This document shows, piece after piece, positions 8,255 through 16,899 of a stretch of 64,000 nt of DNA. The stretch lies in contig OY969807.1 of NCBI GenBank assembly GCA_963703285.1, forward strand, positions 1,728,001-1,792,000. The letters run 5' to 3'. The notes below the pieces were generated by a model that made no database searches, was not told the DNA's origin, and was given only the letters and a program-made list of their open reading frames with translations. The position numbers and the translations under genes were made by a program. The stretch's first letter is position 1; each line of letters starts with the position of its first letter. The DNA is from an uncultured Nitrososphaerota archaeon (GTDB lineage Archaea; Thermoproteota; Nitrososphaeria; Nitrososphaerales; Gagatemarchaeaceae).

Positions 8255-9352
8255 CTAAGAGTCATATCGCATCTTAGCGACTGAGAGGATGGAGGCAAGG
8301 GCCGTCTCCGAGTCGAAGACCCACCCTCGCTCATCGGTGAAGCTCTCGTACGGGATGGTATAGTGCATGCTGGTTGGGAGATCGAGGAGATAGGTCTTCC
8401 ACGGCGGGAGCGACATCTCCCCCAATCTGGCGTTCAGGAACTCCAGCGAACGGACTAGCTCCTGGACGGGGATTGCCTGGTCCGCTCTGTAGCTTCCGTC
8501 ATGGGACCCTGCCTCGTACCAAGCAAAGGGGAAGTTGTTGAACAGCAGCCTGACCTTCCCGAGTTGTGACCTGTTCAGGTGACTGAATCCGAAGGACACG
8601 CCGGCGACTCTCGCCGTGTTCGCTCCACGCGCCGGAATCCAGTGCACCCTGTGGTGAGAGATGATCGGCAGGACGTGTTTCCTGTAGTGCCACCTCAGCG
8701 TCACCGCGTTCATCTTGAGCTTCTTGGAAATCTGCGCGAGGTTTCTCAGCGAGCCAGCTTCAAGCTCTTTAATCAGCAGGAGGTCGCTCCGGTCGATTGC
8801 GGGTTTCACGCGTGGCTGGTCCACAGTAATCGGGGAAGGAGGAGCCTCGAGATTGGTCCCGACCTCCTCCCAGTCGATGTTCCAGCGCCCAGAGTCAAAG
8901 TCATAGTAGCGACACTTCAGCTCTGGGTTCCTGGCCCATTCCATCCTGTTGAGCTCCACGGCACTCAGGACTCCTTTATCAACGAGGCCTCTCATGAATG
9001 CCTGGAACTGGTCTTCCACGAGCACTGGGACCGCAAACAACCCGATATGCGCTGGTTCCAGGAGCATCCCGGAGCGATATGTCAGGAACCCCACATTTGC
9101 GAGTCTGTCGAGGATTGAGCTGGCATGCGGCAGGGCGTCGGGGGCGAATCTGATGATCGCAGAGTACCTCTGCAGGCCCAACTCACCCAGGTTGAAGACG
9201 GTCTCGACGCTCAGGTCGAGCTCGGGGAACCTCTTCTTGAGAGTGTACCTTATGGTCTCTTTGGGCATGCCCGTTGCGCGCGAAAGAGCCGCGACGTTCT
9301 TCATCCCGACGCGGTCTATCACCTGAATCAGGTCCGCAATCCTCGCGCTCAA
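8255..9352 (-). CDS. tandem HTH / Lrp-AsnC-like transcription regulator
   Basis: HTH1 NVAALSRATGMPKETIRY; HTH2 IDRSDLLLIKELE..LAQISKKLKMNAVTLRWHY; ferredoxin-like inter-domains. Confidence 0.85.
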   Translation of the reverse strand: MSARIADLIQVIDRVGMKNVAALSRATGMPKETIRYTLKKRFPELDLSVETVFNLGELGLQRYSAIIRFAPDALPHASSILDRLANVGFLTYRSGMLLEPAHIGLFAVPVLVEDQFQAFMRGLVDKGVLSAVELNRMEWARNPELKCRYYDFDSGRWNIDWEEVGTNLEAPPSPITVDQPRVKPAIDRSDLLLIKELEAGSLRNLAQISKKLKMNAVTLRWHYRKHVLPIISHHRVHWIPARGANTARVAGVSFGFSHLNRSQLGKVRLLFNNFPFAWYEAGSHDGSYRADQAIPVQELVRSLEFLNARLGEMSLPPWKTYLLDLPTSMHYTIPYESFTDERGWVFDSETALASILSVAKMRYDS

Positions 9353-9446
9353 CAGGAATGCTATTAACGAATACCCTAATAACGGCTCCTATCTTTGTGA
9401 AAGCTTTATTACCCAGATGTTATCATTTAGGCCATAGGAATTGTGA

Positions 9447-9812
9447 ATGCTGGCCCAATCGATAAGCACAGAGGGCGTCGAGTCGATGGTGAGGAGGTAT
9501 AGGCGGGGCTTGGTTAACTCCCTGCTCGAGTACCTGATACTGGACAACGCCGAAAGGCGAGACGTTTGCGGCTACGACATCATCGCGACGGTCTGCGTGG
9601 ACTTCCAGGTATTGCTCAGCCCGGGTCAGGTGTACCCCGTCATCGATGCGATGGAAGCCGGCGGCCTGATTACGAAGGTGAAGAAGATGAGGAGAGTCTC
9701 GCTAAGTTTGACCCCCCTCGGTTACGTCCTGCTCAAGGCGTGGAGAAACGAACTTGGTCTGATGCAGCTGCGTCTTAACAGCGACCCTCGCCCCATAGAG
9801 CATGTCCACTGA
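9447..9812 (+). CDS. PadR-family transcription regulator
   Basis: GYDII, LSPGQVYPVIDAMEAGGLI, SLTPLG. Confidence 0.85.
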   Translation: MLAQSISTEGVESMVRRYRRGLVNSLLEYLILDNAERRDVCGYDIIATVCVDFQVLLSPGQVYPVIDAMEAGGLITKVKKMRRVSLSLTPLGYVLLKAWRNELGLMQLRLNSDPRPIEHVH

Positions 9813-9839
9813 TTCTAGGCAGGTGTCCGATGAAGTAGC

Positions 9840-10169
9840 ATGATCAATTGGATGCAGTTCAGGATACGTTCGAAGTTGCTGAGCGCCAATCTGCAGTTGG
9901 TCATCCTGTCGGCTCTGCGCTGGCGGCCGATGAGCAATTGGGAGCTGTTGGATGAGATTTACAGCAGAACCGGCTTGATGCCGGAGGATGCAGAGCTCAA
10001 GCGAACCATCCGGCTTCTCGTTGACGGGGGGTTTGTGCAAGTCCCGAGCAAGGATTCACAGTCCCGGATGACCATCAACGCGCGCGGCATCGAACTGCTC
10101 TCAGAGCTGGCGGGGCTTCAGCAAGGGTACTTCGAGTCGACAAAAGCGTGGGATAGAAATCATGGGTGA
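9840..10169 (+). CDS. PadR-like wHTH protein
   Basis: VILSALRWRPMSNWELLDEI..LVDGGFV..INARG. Confidence 0.75.
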   Translation: MINWMQFRIRSKLLSANLQLVILSALRWRPMSNWELLDEIYSRTGLMPEDAELKRTIRLLVDGGFVQVPSKDSQSRMTINARGIELLSELAGLQQGYFESTKAWDRNHG

Positions 10170-10193
10170 ATTCGCTAAGCAATCGCGGATTGG

Positions 10194-10454
10194 TTGAGAA
10201 TGCGGTCTAATCTAACCCGGAGGAAGGAGTTGGCGGAAAGGATGTGCGTCCTCGCTGTGGGCTTGGGCGCGGTCTTGACCCTCGTTGATATCTGGGCCTT
10301 CCTCGCAGGATCCACCGGCCTCTTGCAATGGATGGAGATTCTTACATTTAGTGTCCTTATACCATTGACCGTCGCTGTTGGGGCCCTCGCTCCGGGCAAA
10401 GTTCCGAGGCTCTTTACTCGAGCCATGAGGGCCTTGCGCACCAGGAAATCGTAA
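10194..10454 (+). CDS. small two-TM membrane protein
   Basis: Two hydrophobic segments; co-directional with the PadR genes. Confidence 0.55.
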   Translation: MRMRSNLTRRKELAERMCVLAVGLGAVLTLVDIWAFLAGSTGLLQWMEILTFSVLIPLTVAVGALAPGKVPRLFTRAMRALRTRKS

Positions 10455-10466
10455 GGAGATGTTTCG

Positions 10467-10601
10467 ATGTATTCAGGCAGTGCCATTACCTGTGTGCGTA
10501 TTGCAGACACCTACAAGCTACGCGAGCTCAAGGACGGGTCGAAGCACCTCGTCGTGAAAGACCACCTCTCGAAGGAAGAACTGGTCCGCATGCTGCAGTG
10601 A
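10467..10601 (+). CDS. possible 44-aa protein or gene fragment
   Basis: MYSGSAITCVRIADTYKLRELKDGSKHLVVKDHLSKEELVRMLQ*; AAGGAG upstream. Confidence 0.3.
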   Translation: MYSGSAITCVRIADTYKLRELKDGSKHLVVKDHLSKEELVRMLQ

Positions 10602-10811
10602 AACAAGGTCGGGATCAAAGAAGAGGACGTGTTCTACGGTGAATGCTACTGGTTCTTGAGTTACCGGATTTGAAACGGCCAAGAAGATAACCAACCATGA
10701 GATGACCACCGAGCTCTCCCTAGGGGTAGCCAAAAGACTAGACACTAGGTGACGTAAGTTCTCCGTCGAGTTGAGGACGTGCGTAAATACGCTGAGGACT
10801 GAGATACGGCA

Positions 10812-12467
10812 ATGGAAAGCCGCCGTGAAGCAGCAGCCGTGTCCATCACGCTCTTCTTCCTCCTGCTCTCCCCCTTGTTCTCCGCAGCCTCTCCCGCCGC
10901 TTCTTCCCCCTTACCCCTTCCCTACCAGCTGGGCGTCCTCCTGTCCGGGTATTACGAGCCGATCCAGCTTAATGCGCCAGCGACGCCGACGACGGTCTAC
11001 TTCGCCGTGAGCAGCAACGCCACCCTCTCGACCGCTCTCATGACCAACTCGCAGGCGACCTCCTTCGGCTATGGAACGACGGACCTTGCCGACTCGCTCT
11101 ACGATGTGAACAGTAGCAGCGCCACGCACTCCATGAGCGTCTCTGAGGGGATCTACTGGCTCGTCTTCTTCGCCTACGGCTACAGCGCGAACGTCAGCTT
11201 CGCTCTCTCGACCGTTCCCACCAGCCCGTACGTCTACTACCCCCTCACCGCGCCCGAGCCCTCCGGGGTCGCTTCCTTCGGTCTGTACAACGACTCCGGG
11301 GTGGTGACATCGTACACGGTCGAGAGCAGCGACGTCCTCGGCGTCGCGGACATAGCCTCGCTCCAGGCCTACAACGGGTCGGCAGCGCGCTACGACGATG
11401 CGGTCTCGGGTGCCTCTCTCCAGCTGAACTCAATCCTCGTGGTCAACGAGGCGGGAGGCCGGCAGCAGAACTACTGGGTTCAGGACATTCCCGATTTCGT
11501 GACCGCAACTTCGACGGTCTCCTGGGCCGACAACATCTGGAACGCCAGCGTCTCGGGCTTCCTGAGCAACGGCACCGTCACCTCGACCGACGGCGGGTAC
11601 GTCTACTCGTTCCCGAACGGCCCCAGCACCGGGTACTACTACTCCTACCAGTCCTCGAACACCACGTATCGGCTGCCCCTGGATTTGGCCCTAATCATGA
11701 GCGAGACCGCCGTCCAAGGAGTCGGTGTCCGGGTCCAGATTGGCGTCCAGGAGATCGCCAGCGGGACCGCGGCTGCCAAGTCGATCGACTGGTTCGACAA
11801 CGCAACGATCAGCGACCCCACTGTGCAGAGCGCGTACTTCTACGTCGCGGGCAACGCGGCCGCGCCGAACGGGGAGTTCTATGACTCCGAGTTCGTCTTC
11901 GGCGGCGAGGGCAACGGAGAGTCCACCACCTTCACGCAGCTCACCGCTTCGCTCGGGCTGTTCTACGGGAATTCGGTCACCGGCGCCCAGACCGCCTACC
12001 CCTCCCTCTACAGCTTCGGAGGCAACACGGCCGAGGGCGCGTACAATCTGCACATCTCCTACGCGGGCGACGGGTTCTCCAGCGTATCGGTGGGCAGCCC
12101 CAACTATGTCTACCTGGGGCGGGCGTCAGGGTCCTATACGCTGCCTCCCGCAGGAACGCAGACGACGAGCTCCACGACGAGCTCGAGTACGGCGTCGACC
12201 ACGACCACAGTGACGAGCACGCTGCTGCTCACGACGACCGCGACGACGACCGCGACGCAAACCGTGACCGGACCGGTCACGACCGTGACCAACACCGCGA
12301 CATCGACGCAGACCGTAACCTCAGTAACGACGCAGCTTGGCCCAACAACAACGACGCAGACCTCCTCGTCTGTGCCGACATGGGCCTATGCAATCATGAT
12401 ACTCCTCCTGATAGCCGGACTTGCTGTAGGTTACGCCATCAAGAGACCATCAGTCAGCAAGCCTTAG
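10812..12467 (+). CDS. thermopsin-family (peptidase A5) protease, secreted, Thr-rich stalk and C-terminal TM anchor
   Basis: PSGVASFGL, GASLQLN, YWVQD, DNIWN, DSEFVFGGEGNG, NTAE motifs; signal peptide; Thr-rich linker; WAYAIMILLLIAGLAVGYAIKR. Confidence 0.9.
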   Translation: MESRREAAAVSITLFFLLLSPLFSAASPAASSPLPLPYQLGVLLSGYYEPIQLNAPATPTTVYFAVSSNATLSTALMTNSQATSFGYGTTDLADSLYDVNSSSATHSMSVSEGIYWLVFFAYGYSANVSFALSTVPTSPYVYYPLTAPEPSGVASFGLYNDSGVVTSYTVESSDVLGVADIASLQAYNGSAARYDDAVSGASLQLNSILVVNEAGGRQQNYWVQDIPDFVTATSTVSWADNIWNASVSGFLSNGTVTSTDGGYVYSFPNGPSTGYYYSYQSSNTTYRLPLDLALIMSETAVQGVGVRVQIGVQEIASGTAAAKSIDWFDNATISDPTVQSAYFYVAGNAAAPNGEFYDSEFVFGGEGNGESTTFTQLTASLGLFYGNSVTGAQTAYPSLYSFGGNTAEGAYNLHISYAGDGFSSVSVGSPNYVYLGRASGSYTLPPAGTQTTSSTTSSSTASTTTTVTSTLLLTTTATTTATQTVTGPVTTVTNTATSTQTVTSVTTQLGPTTTTQTSSSVPTWAYAIMILLLIAGLAVGYAIKRPSVSKP

Positions 12468-12523
12468 GATCAACGTGTAGGATCCACCCGTTTCTGTCAG
12501 TGGAGAGACCTACAGCGAAATCA

Positions 12524-12928
12524 TCAGAGAATCCGGCGAGATTCAGCAAGGGCGCGGTTCATCCGGTCAGTCCCCCTGATGTTGTGTATGATCACGTAGA
12601 CGAACGACGCGGCCAAGCTGACCAGCATGCTGTCTCCTAGGACCGTCCGAACGGTCTGAGCCTCGACCGGCATCGCGATGAGCGGAACGAGGTTGTAGGC
12701 GGCCGCCGGGAGGGCTATCACGAGTGCCAACTCGAGAGGGAAATACGCCATCGGGCCGTGCCTGGGGCCGAACCTCCGGAGGAAGTATCTGCAGAGCTGG
12801 TTCTTCTCGAACTTCCCTGCATCGCCGGTCATCCTGACCCCCAGCGACGCATGCCTCCAAGTGGTGAACTGGTCTCCAATGCACGCGAGGAGGGCCAGAC
12901 CCAGGAGAGCGGGATAGAACGGGAGCAC
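12524..12928 (-). CDS. membrane protein, DUF5658-like
   Basis: D..TT....G...E.N motif (GDQFTTW..LG..FEKNQ) and 3 TM segments. Confidence 0.55.
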   Translation of the reverse strand: MLPFYPALLGLALLACIGDQFTTWRHASLGVRMTGDAGKFEKNQLCRYFLRRFGPRHGPMAYFPLELALVIALPAAAYNLVPLIAMPVEAQTVRTVLGDSMLVSLAASFVYVIIHNIRGTDRMNRALAESRRIL

Positions 12929-12972
12929 GAATCGCCTGCGTTGCGGTTTCTAATAAATGGAACCTGAGCAGG

Positions 12973-13215
12973 TCAGGGGTCTATCCAATCCAGCCCCGTC
13001 TTGGCCCTCCTCCGGCGCGGCCTGTCCGAGTACTCGGAGAGGGGCGGCCTCGCCGAGACCTGCGACTCCGGGACCGGCTCCTTCCTGTAGGGATGCCCGG
13101 CGAAGTCATAGTCGTCGCAGATGGCCTGTGACGGCACGAAGTCCGCATTCTGCAGATGATTCGGGGACAGGTTCTCCGAGGGGATGAACCTGCCAAAGAT
13201 ACTCGCAGTAATCAA
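12973..13215 (-). CDS. hypothetical protein
   Basis: Co-directional ORF filling the gap between regulator and membrane gene; start uncertain. Confidence 0.35.
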   Translation of the reverse strand: MITASIFGRFIPSENLSPNHLQNADFVPSQAICDDYDFAGHPYRKEPVPESQVSARPPLSEYSDRPRRRRAKTGLDWIDP

Positions 13216-13244
13216 TCCACGGCTACGGATCTACAAACAAGCAG

Positions 13245-14447
13245 TTAACTTGCGGTTTCTAGACCTTCCTTTTTCGTCGGGCTTCCATTCTGTTTGGAGA
13301 CAACATTTCGGAGGGTTCGTTCGAAATTCTTCAGGACCTTTTGCTTGTCGTACCTCCACCTCTTCAGCTTCGGGTCGTACAAATCCTGCGGCAGGGTGTA
13401 GTTCCGGTCTTGGCGCTGGTCGAAAGTGAGGACCTCTAGCCGCTCGGCGTGGTGACCCAGGAGGTCCCTGATGAACACGAGCGTCTCGTTCCAGAATTCC
13501 ACCGGCGCGTAGAAGTCCGCTATGAATGACGTGCCTCCCCCTGTGACGGCCCAGATGAAGGGAAGTCTCTGCAGCTCCCTACTGATGAACTTCGCTTCCT
13601 CTGGTGTCACGTCCTTGACTATGAGCGAGATGAAGGCGTACGCGTGGCTTCGCGTCAATTGTAACGCTGCGTCGTTGAATTCCCTGGAGAACCACCTAAT
13701 CCGGTAGCCGGAGATCAGCTTCCTGTCTCGAACGTGGGCGTAGTGGAGGAGGGCGCTCTTGTACGAGATCTTCAGCTTCCTCGCGGTCTCGGCCACCGAG
13801 GCTCCGCCCGGCATCTGGAGCTCCGACGCGACCAGTATGTCGAGCATGTCGAACTTGGAAAGCTGGTGCAGCGACGGATGGTCCAGATCGGGGGGCGGGT
13901 CCTTCAGCGAGTTCCACTGAACTTCCCATTTCGAACTGACGAAGTCGTACTGTTCGGCGTGCATCGGGACCCTGTATATCCAGCCTACGTCGAACACCTC
14001 CACATCCGTGAAGAAGCGCAGCTTGTCCCTCAGGTCGCGCAGGGTCGACGCGAACTCCTCCTTCACATCCTCGGGGACCTCCGCGGAGACCAGCAGCCTG
14101 TCGTCCGGGATTGTCCGCTGGTAATGAACGACGGGCCAGTAGTCAGCCATCGCCATGAAGATCTGGTGAATGTATGGTCTGTACTCTTCCCTCACACGTG
14201 CCAGCGCGGTCAGCCTCTGTAGACCGAATCTGCCGTAGGCGGCGTCACCGATGATATTCATGCCCTTGTCTATTATCCTCTTCTTGTACAGGTACCTTGC
14301 CGTCTCCTTGAACAATCCTACCCTTCTCGAGATCTCATTGATGTTGGGACCCAGCTCTTCTATCCCTCTGACCAGGGCGGCCATCCGAGCCTTCTCGTCC
14401 TCGGATTTCGCTGCTCTCAGTCTCAGGACTTCACTGGATTTGCTCAT
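13245..14447 (-). CDS. tandem HTH / Lrp-AsnC-like transcription regulator (paralog of 8255-9352)
   Basis: GPNINEISRRVGLFKETARY; GLQR; YDFVSSKWEVQW; FDMLDILVASELQ..VAETARKLKISYKSALLHY; same motif order as paralog. Confidence 0.85.
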   Translation of the reverse strand: MSKSSEVLRLRAAKSEDEKARMAALVRGIEELGPNINEISRRVGLFKETARYLYKKRIIDKGMNIIGDAAYGRFGLQRLTALARVREEYRPYIHQIFMAMADYWPVVHYQRTIPDDRLLVSAEVPEDVKEEFASTLRDLRDKLRFFTDVEVFDVGWIYRVPMHAEQYDFVSSKWEVQWNSLKDPPPDLDHPSLHQLSKFDMLDILVASELQMPGGASVAETARKLKISYKSALLHYAHVRDRKLISGYRIRWFSREFNDAALQLTRSHAYAFISLIVKDVTPEEAKFISRELQRLPFIWAVTGGGTSFIADFYAPVEFWNETLVFIRDLLGHHAERLEVLTFDQRQDRNYTLPQDLYDPKLKRWRYDKQKVLKNFERTLRNVVSKQNGSPTKKEGLETAS

Positions 14448-14601
14448 CTCTGGTTTTCCTTCGGGTTGCGCGTTATCGCCTTGGAGCGTCTGACTGTTGA
14501 TAAGGTTTGACCTGTACCGTACCTCCGTGACTCCTGGGATAATCCATGGTATGAATTGCGCGGTCAGATTATATATTCAGTATGTTAGCTACCGCCATCT
14601 T

Positions 14602-14645
14602 GCATAACCTTTATGCCATTTAGCTTATGCAGATAGGCTTATATC
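14602..14645 (+). promoter_or_regulatory. 15-bp palindrome, extra half-site and TATA upstream of secreted peptide gene
   Basis: GCATAA-CCT-TTATGC (14602-14616), TTATGC (14625-14630), CTTATATC (14638-14645), ATG 14669. Confidence 0.65.
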
Positions 14646-14668
14646 CCGTAGGACGTCATGCTACGGCC

Positions 14669-14965
14669 ATGAACAAGACAGCTATCGCGGCTCTATTTGC
14701 GGCGGCAATGCTTATCCTGGTTCCAGCTGCGGCTCTCACTGCCTCGGCTGACGACGGTGCTGCTGGAGGTGGTGGAACCGGGGGCGGTGGTTCAACAAGT
14801 GGCGGTGTCACCGTAACAAGCACGGAAGGAGCCAGTCCGCCATCCTGCTACGTGCTATTGGTACTTGCTTGGGGTTGGGGAACTATAGGCCCCTTCATCG
14901 TCTACGGTCTGTTCCCTACTTTCGAGCAGGTGTGCACTTCATACCCCCCGCCGAACGTCGTCTAG
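14669..14965 (+). CDS. 98-aa secreted peptide: signal peptide, Gly/Ser linker, two-Cys hydrophobic C-terminal domain
   Basis: MNKTAIAALFAAAMLILVPAAALTASA|DDGAAGGGG..SCYVLLVLAWGWGTIGPFIVYGLFPTFEQVCTSYPPPNVV. Confidence 0.75.
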   Translation: MNKTAIAALFAAAMLILVPAAALTASADDGAAGGGGTGGGGSTSGGVTVTSTEGASPPSCYVLLVLAWGWGTIGPFIVYGLFPTFEQVCTSYPPPNVV

Positions 14966-14971
14966 ACCAAC

Positions 14972-15041
14972 ACCCTCGACGCAAAAACGAAGGGTCGTAC
15001 AGTCAGAGGTGCGGAGCAAAAACATCCGCATCTCTATGACT
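14972..15041 (+). other. tandem stem-loops sharing loop motif GCAAAAAC in the 3' UTR
   Basis: ACCCTCG..CGAAGGGT (14972-14995) and AGTCAGAGGTGCGGA..TCCGCATCTCtaTGACT (15001-15041). Confidence 0.55.
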
Positions 15042-15301
15042 CAGCCTTCAACCTTGACCCTAACGCATAATCAAGGAAGACCACTGACCTGGAAGTACGG
15101 TTAGCAGTTCGGGCGCAGCCTGAGGCGGCTCTACTTCTCTGCCAGGAGCTTTGGAGACATACTCCTCGAAGCATGGGTCGAATGTCCCCGTGGTCATCTC
15201 CCGGATTTGCCTGGCCTTCGGCTGCGCTCCTCTCTTGGTTCAGGGAGAGCGGGCTTGGTTTCTAAATCGCCGCGGCGATGACGAGGTAGCTCCAGGACTT
15301 T

Positions 15302-16525
15302 CTACTGTTCAAGTTTGGGCGCCTTCATCCTCCTCAGGAGAAGCACGCTAGTCAGTATAGCCGAGGCTGCGACCGCACCGATTATGGCGAAGGCCACGCC
15401 GGACGAGAGACCGAAGATGAGAGGTCCGTACGAGGCGGGTGTGCTGCCCGGCGTGTTCAGAGGCCCTATCAGCGTGGCAGACGTAATCGAGAGAGACAGC
15501 GGCTCTTGATAGGTGCTGCCTCCGACGGTCTCCTGAACGGCGAGAGTGTAATTGTTGGTGCCGCTCACGTCGCTTGAGCTCAGGCTGTTGCTCTCGTCGA
15601 CCCAGAAGTAGACCACCTGACCTGGTCGCAGCTGGAAGGTTGGCTGCTGAAGGCTGACCTGAACGCCGGCGGGCATGGGGCCGCTCTTCCCGCCATCCCA
15701 CGAGCCGACTACGCTCAGGCTGACGTTGACGGGAGCGCTGGGAGAGCCAGCCGAAGGGGCGTAGGCGATCAGGTACTCGTATGCAAGCGAGTTGCCCGTG
15801 GACGTCTGTAACGTTCCTGAGAAGAGCAAGGGGCCTGGAGAGCTGAGGACGTGGAGGTTCGCCAACCCGCCCTCCTCGCCCAGGAACTCTATGGGAAGTC
15901 CAGCGGTCGCCTCGAGACCGTTCGGGGACATCGCAGTCACGGGCAGGCTGACGTTCGCGATGGGGTTTGGCACGAAGGGCATCACAGCCCCGGCGATGGT
16001 AAGGTTGCTGTGTGCCGTCCCGCTCGAGTCGGTGGTCACTTCGGCAGGGCTGAACCCCGTCCAGATGGTGCCGTTGACTGCGCCCTCGGCAATCTGTTGG
16101 GCGGACTCTGAGGCGTGCCCCGTCTCGAGCGTAAAAGTGGTGTCCGGCGCCGCTTGGATCGTGACAGGGAAGACCTCGTATGCAGGTACCCCGACCCCGC
16201 CCTGTCCCGTTTCGCCGCACGCCTCGTCCCAGGAGGGCTCACCGACGGTCAACGTGACGGTCTCGCCGGCCGGCGAAGAGGCGACCGTGCCGTTGCTCTG
16301 GCTCGATTGAAAGCCGCAACTAATTTCGCCGGGTGGAGAAGGGGCGTTCGTCGTCTCTACCGTCGCCGACGACGAGCTGGAACTAGAGGAGACAGAGACA
16401 CCTTGATTGGTCGACGATACGGTCTGCCCAGATGTGGTGGGGAGCGCGGCGAGAGCTAGGAGCGCGACCAGCATAGCGCCGACTAGATAGGAGGGTGCTG
16501 ACGCTGACCTCGCTTTCACCCTCAA
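15302..16525 (-). CDS. secreted, C-terminally membrane-anchored surface protein
   Basis: Signal peptide, Ser-rich linker, beta-rich body with N-x-S/T sites, C-terminal TM followed by RRMK. Confidence 0.8.
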   Translation of the reverse strand: MRVKARSASAPSYLVGAMLVALLALAALPTTSGQTVSSTNQGVSVSSSSSSSSATVETTNAPSPPGEISCGFQSSQSNGTVASSPAGETVTLTVGEPSWDEACGETGQGGVGVPAYEVFPVTIQAAPDTTFTLETGHASESAQQIAEGAVNGTIWTGFSPAEVTTDSSGTAHSNLTIAGAVMPFVPNPIANVSLPVTAMSPNGLEATAGLPIEFLGEEGGLANLHVLSSPGPLLFSGTLQTSTGNSLAYEYLIAYAPSAGSPSAPVNVSLSVVGSWDGGKSGPMPAGVQVSLQQPTFQLRPGQVVYFWVDESNSLSSSDVSGTNNYTLAVQETVGGSTYQEPLSLSITSATLIGPLNTPGSTPASYGPLIFGLSSGVAFAIIGAVAASAILTSVLLLRRMKAPKLEQ

Positions 16526-16593
16526 CGACGCGGACCTGCATGAGAGTTCTTTGGTTGTCTTGATTAATAGTTTTGTCCGAACAGGGACACTCG

Positions 16594-16833
16594 CTACTCT
16601 TCGATGTCCCTTATTGGCAGCGAGGAGAACACCGACCGTATCCTGCCAAGCAGACTCTGCGGCTCTTTCTCGAAGATGGCGTCGGCCTTCCTCAGGATGA
16701 CCATGTCCCCCTCCACCATGATTATCATCTTCGTGCCGGGCTGGAGGTCGAGCTTAGCCCTCACCTCGTGGGGGATCTGGACTATCCCCTTCTGCGTGAC
16801 CCTCGCCACGGCGACCACGGGGTCTTCTTTCAT
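16594..16833 (-). CDS. AbrB/MazE/SpoVT-family DNA-binding protein
   Basis: VTQKGIVQIPHEVRAKLDLQPGTKM..VILRK. Confidence 0.9.
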   Translation of the reverse strand: MKEDPVVAVARVTQKGIVQIPHEVRAKLDLQPGTKMIIMVEGDMVILRKADAIFEKEPQSLLGRIRSVFSSLPIRDIEE

Positions 16834-16899
16834 CTCGCCTTCACCTGACTCGGAGCGGAACTAGGCAACGCACCCTGCCCGCGATACGGCCCGCCTCTT

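Noticed and set aside
12160-12365. ACG/ACC-rich repetitive tract
   Set aside because: Encodes the thermopsin Thr/Ser stalk; not a CRISPR array or DNA repeat element
15111-15229. Long-range stem GGGCGCAGCC/GGCTGCGCTC enclosing small hairpins
   Set aside because: Could arise by chance in GC-rich DNA; no promoter or known motif, and an open frame exists on the minus strand
16594-16833. AbrB gene as antitoxin of a toxin-antitoxin pair
   Set aside because: No adjacent PIN or MazF toxin gene
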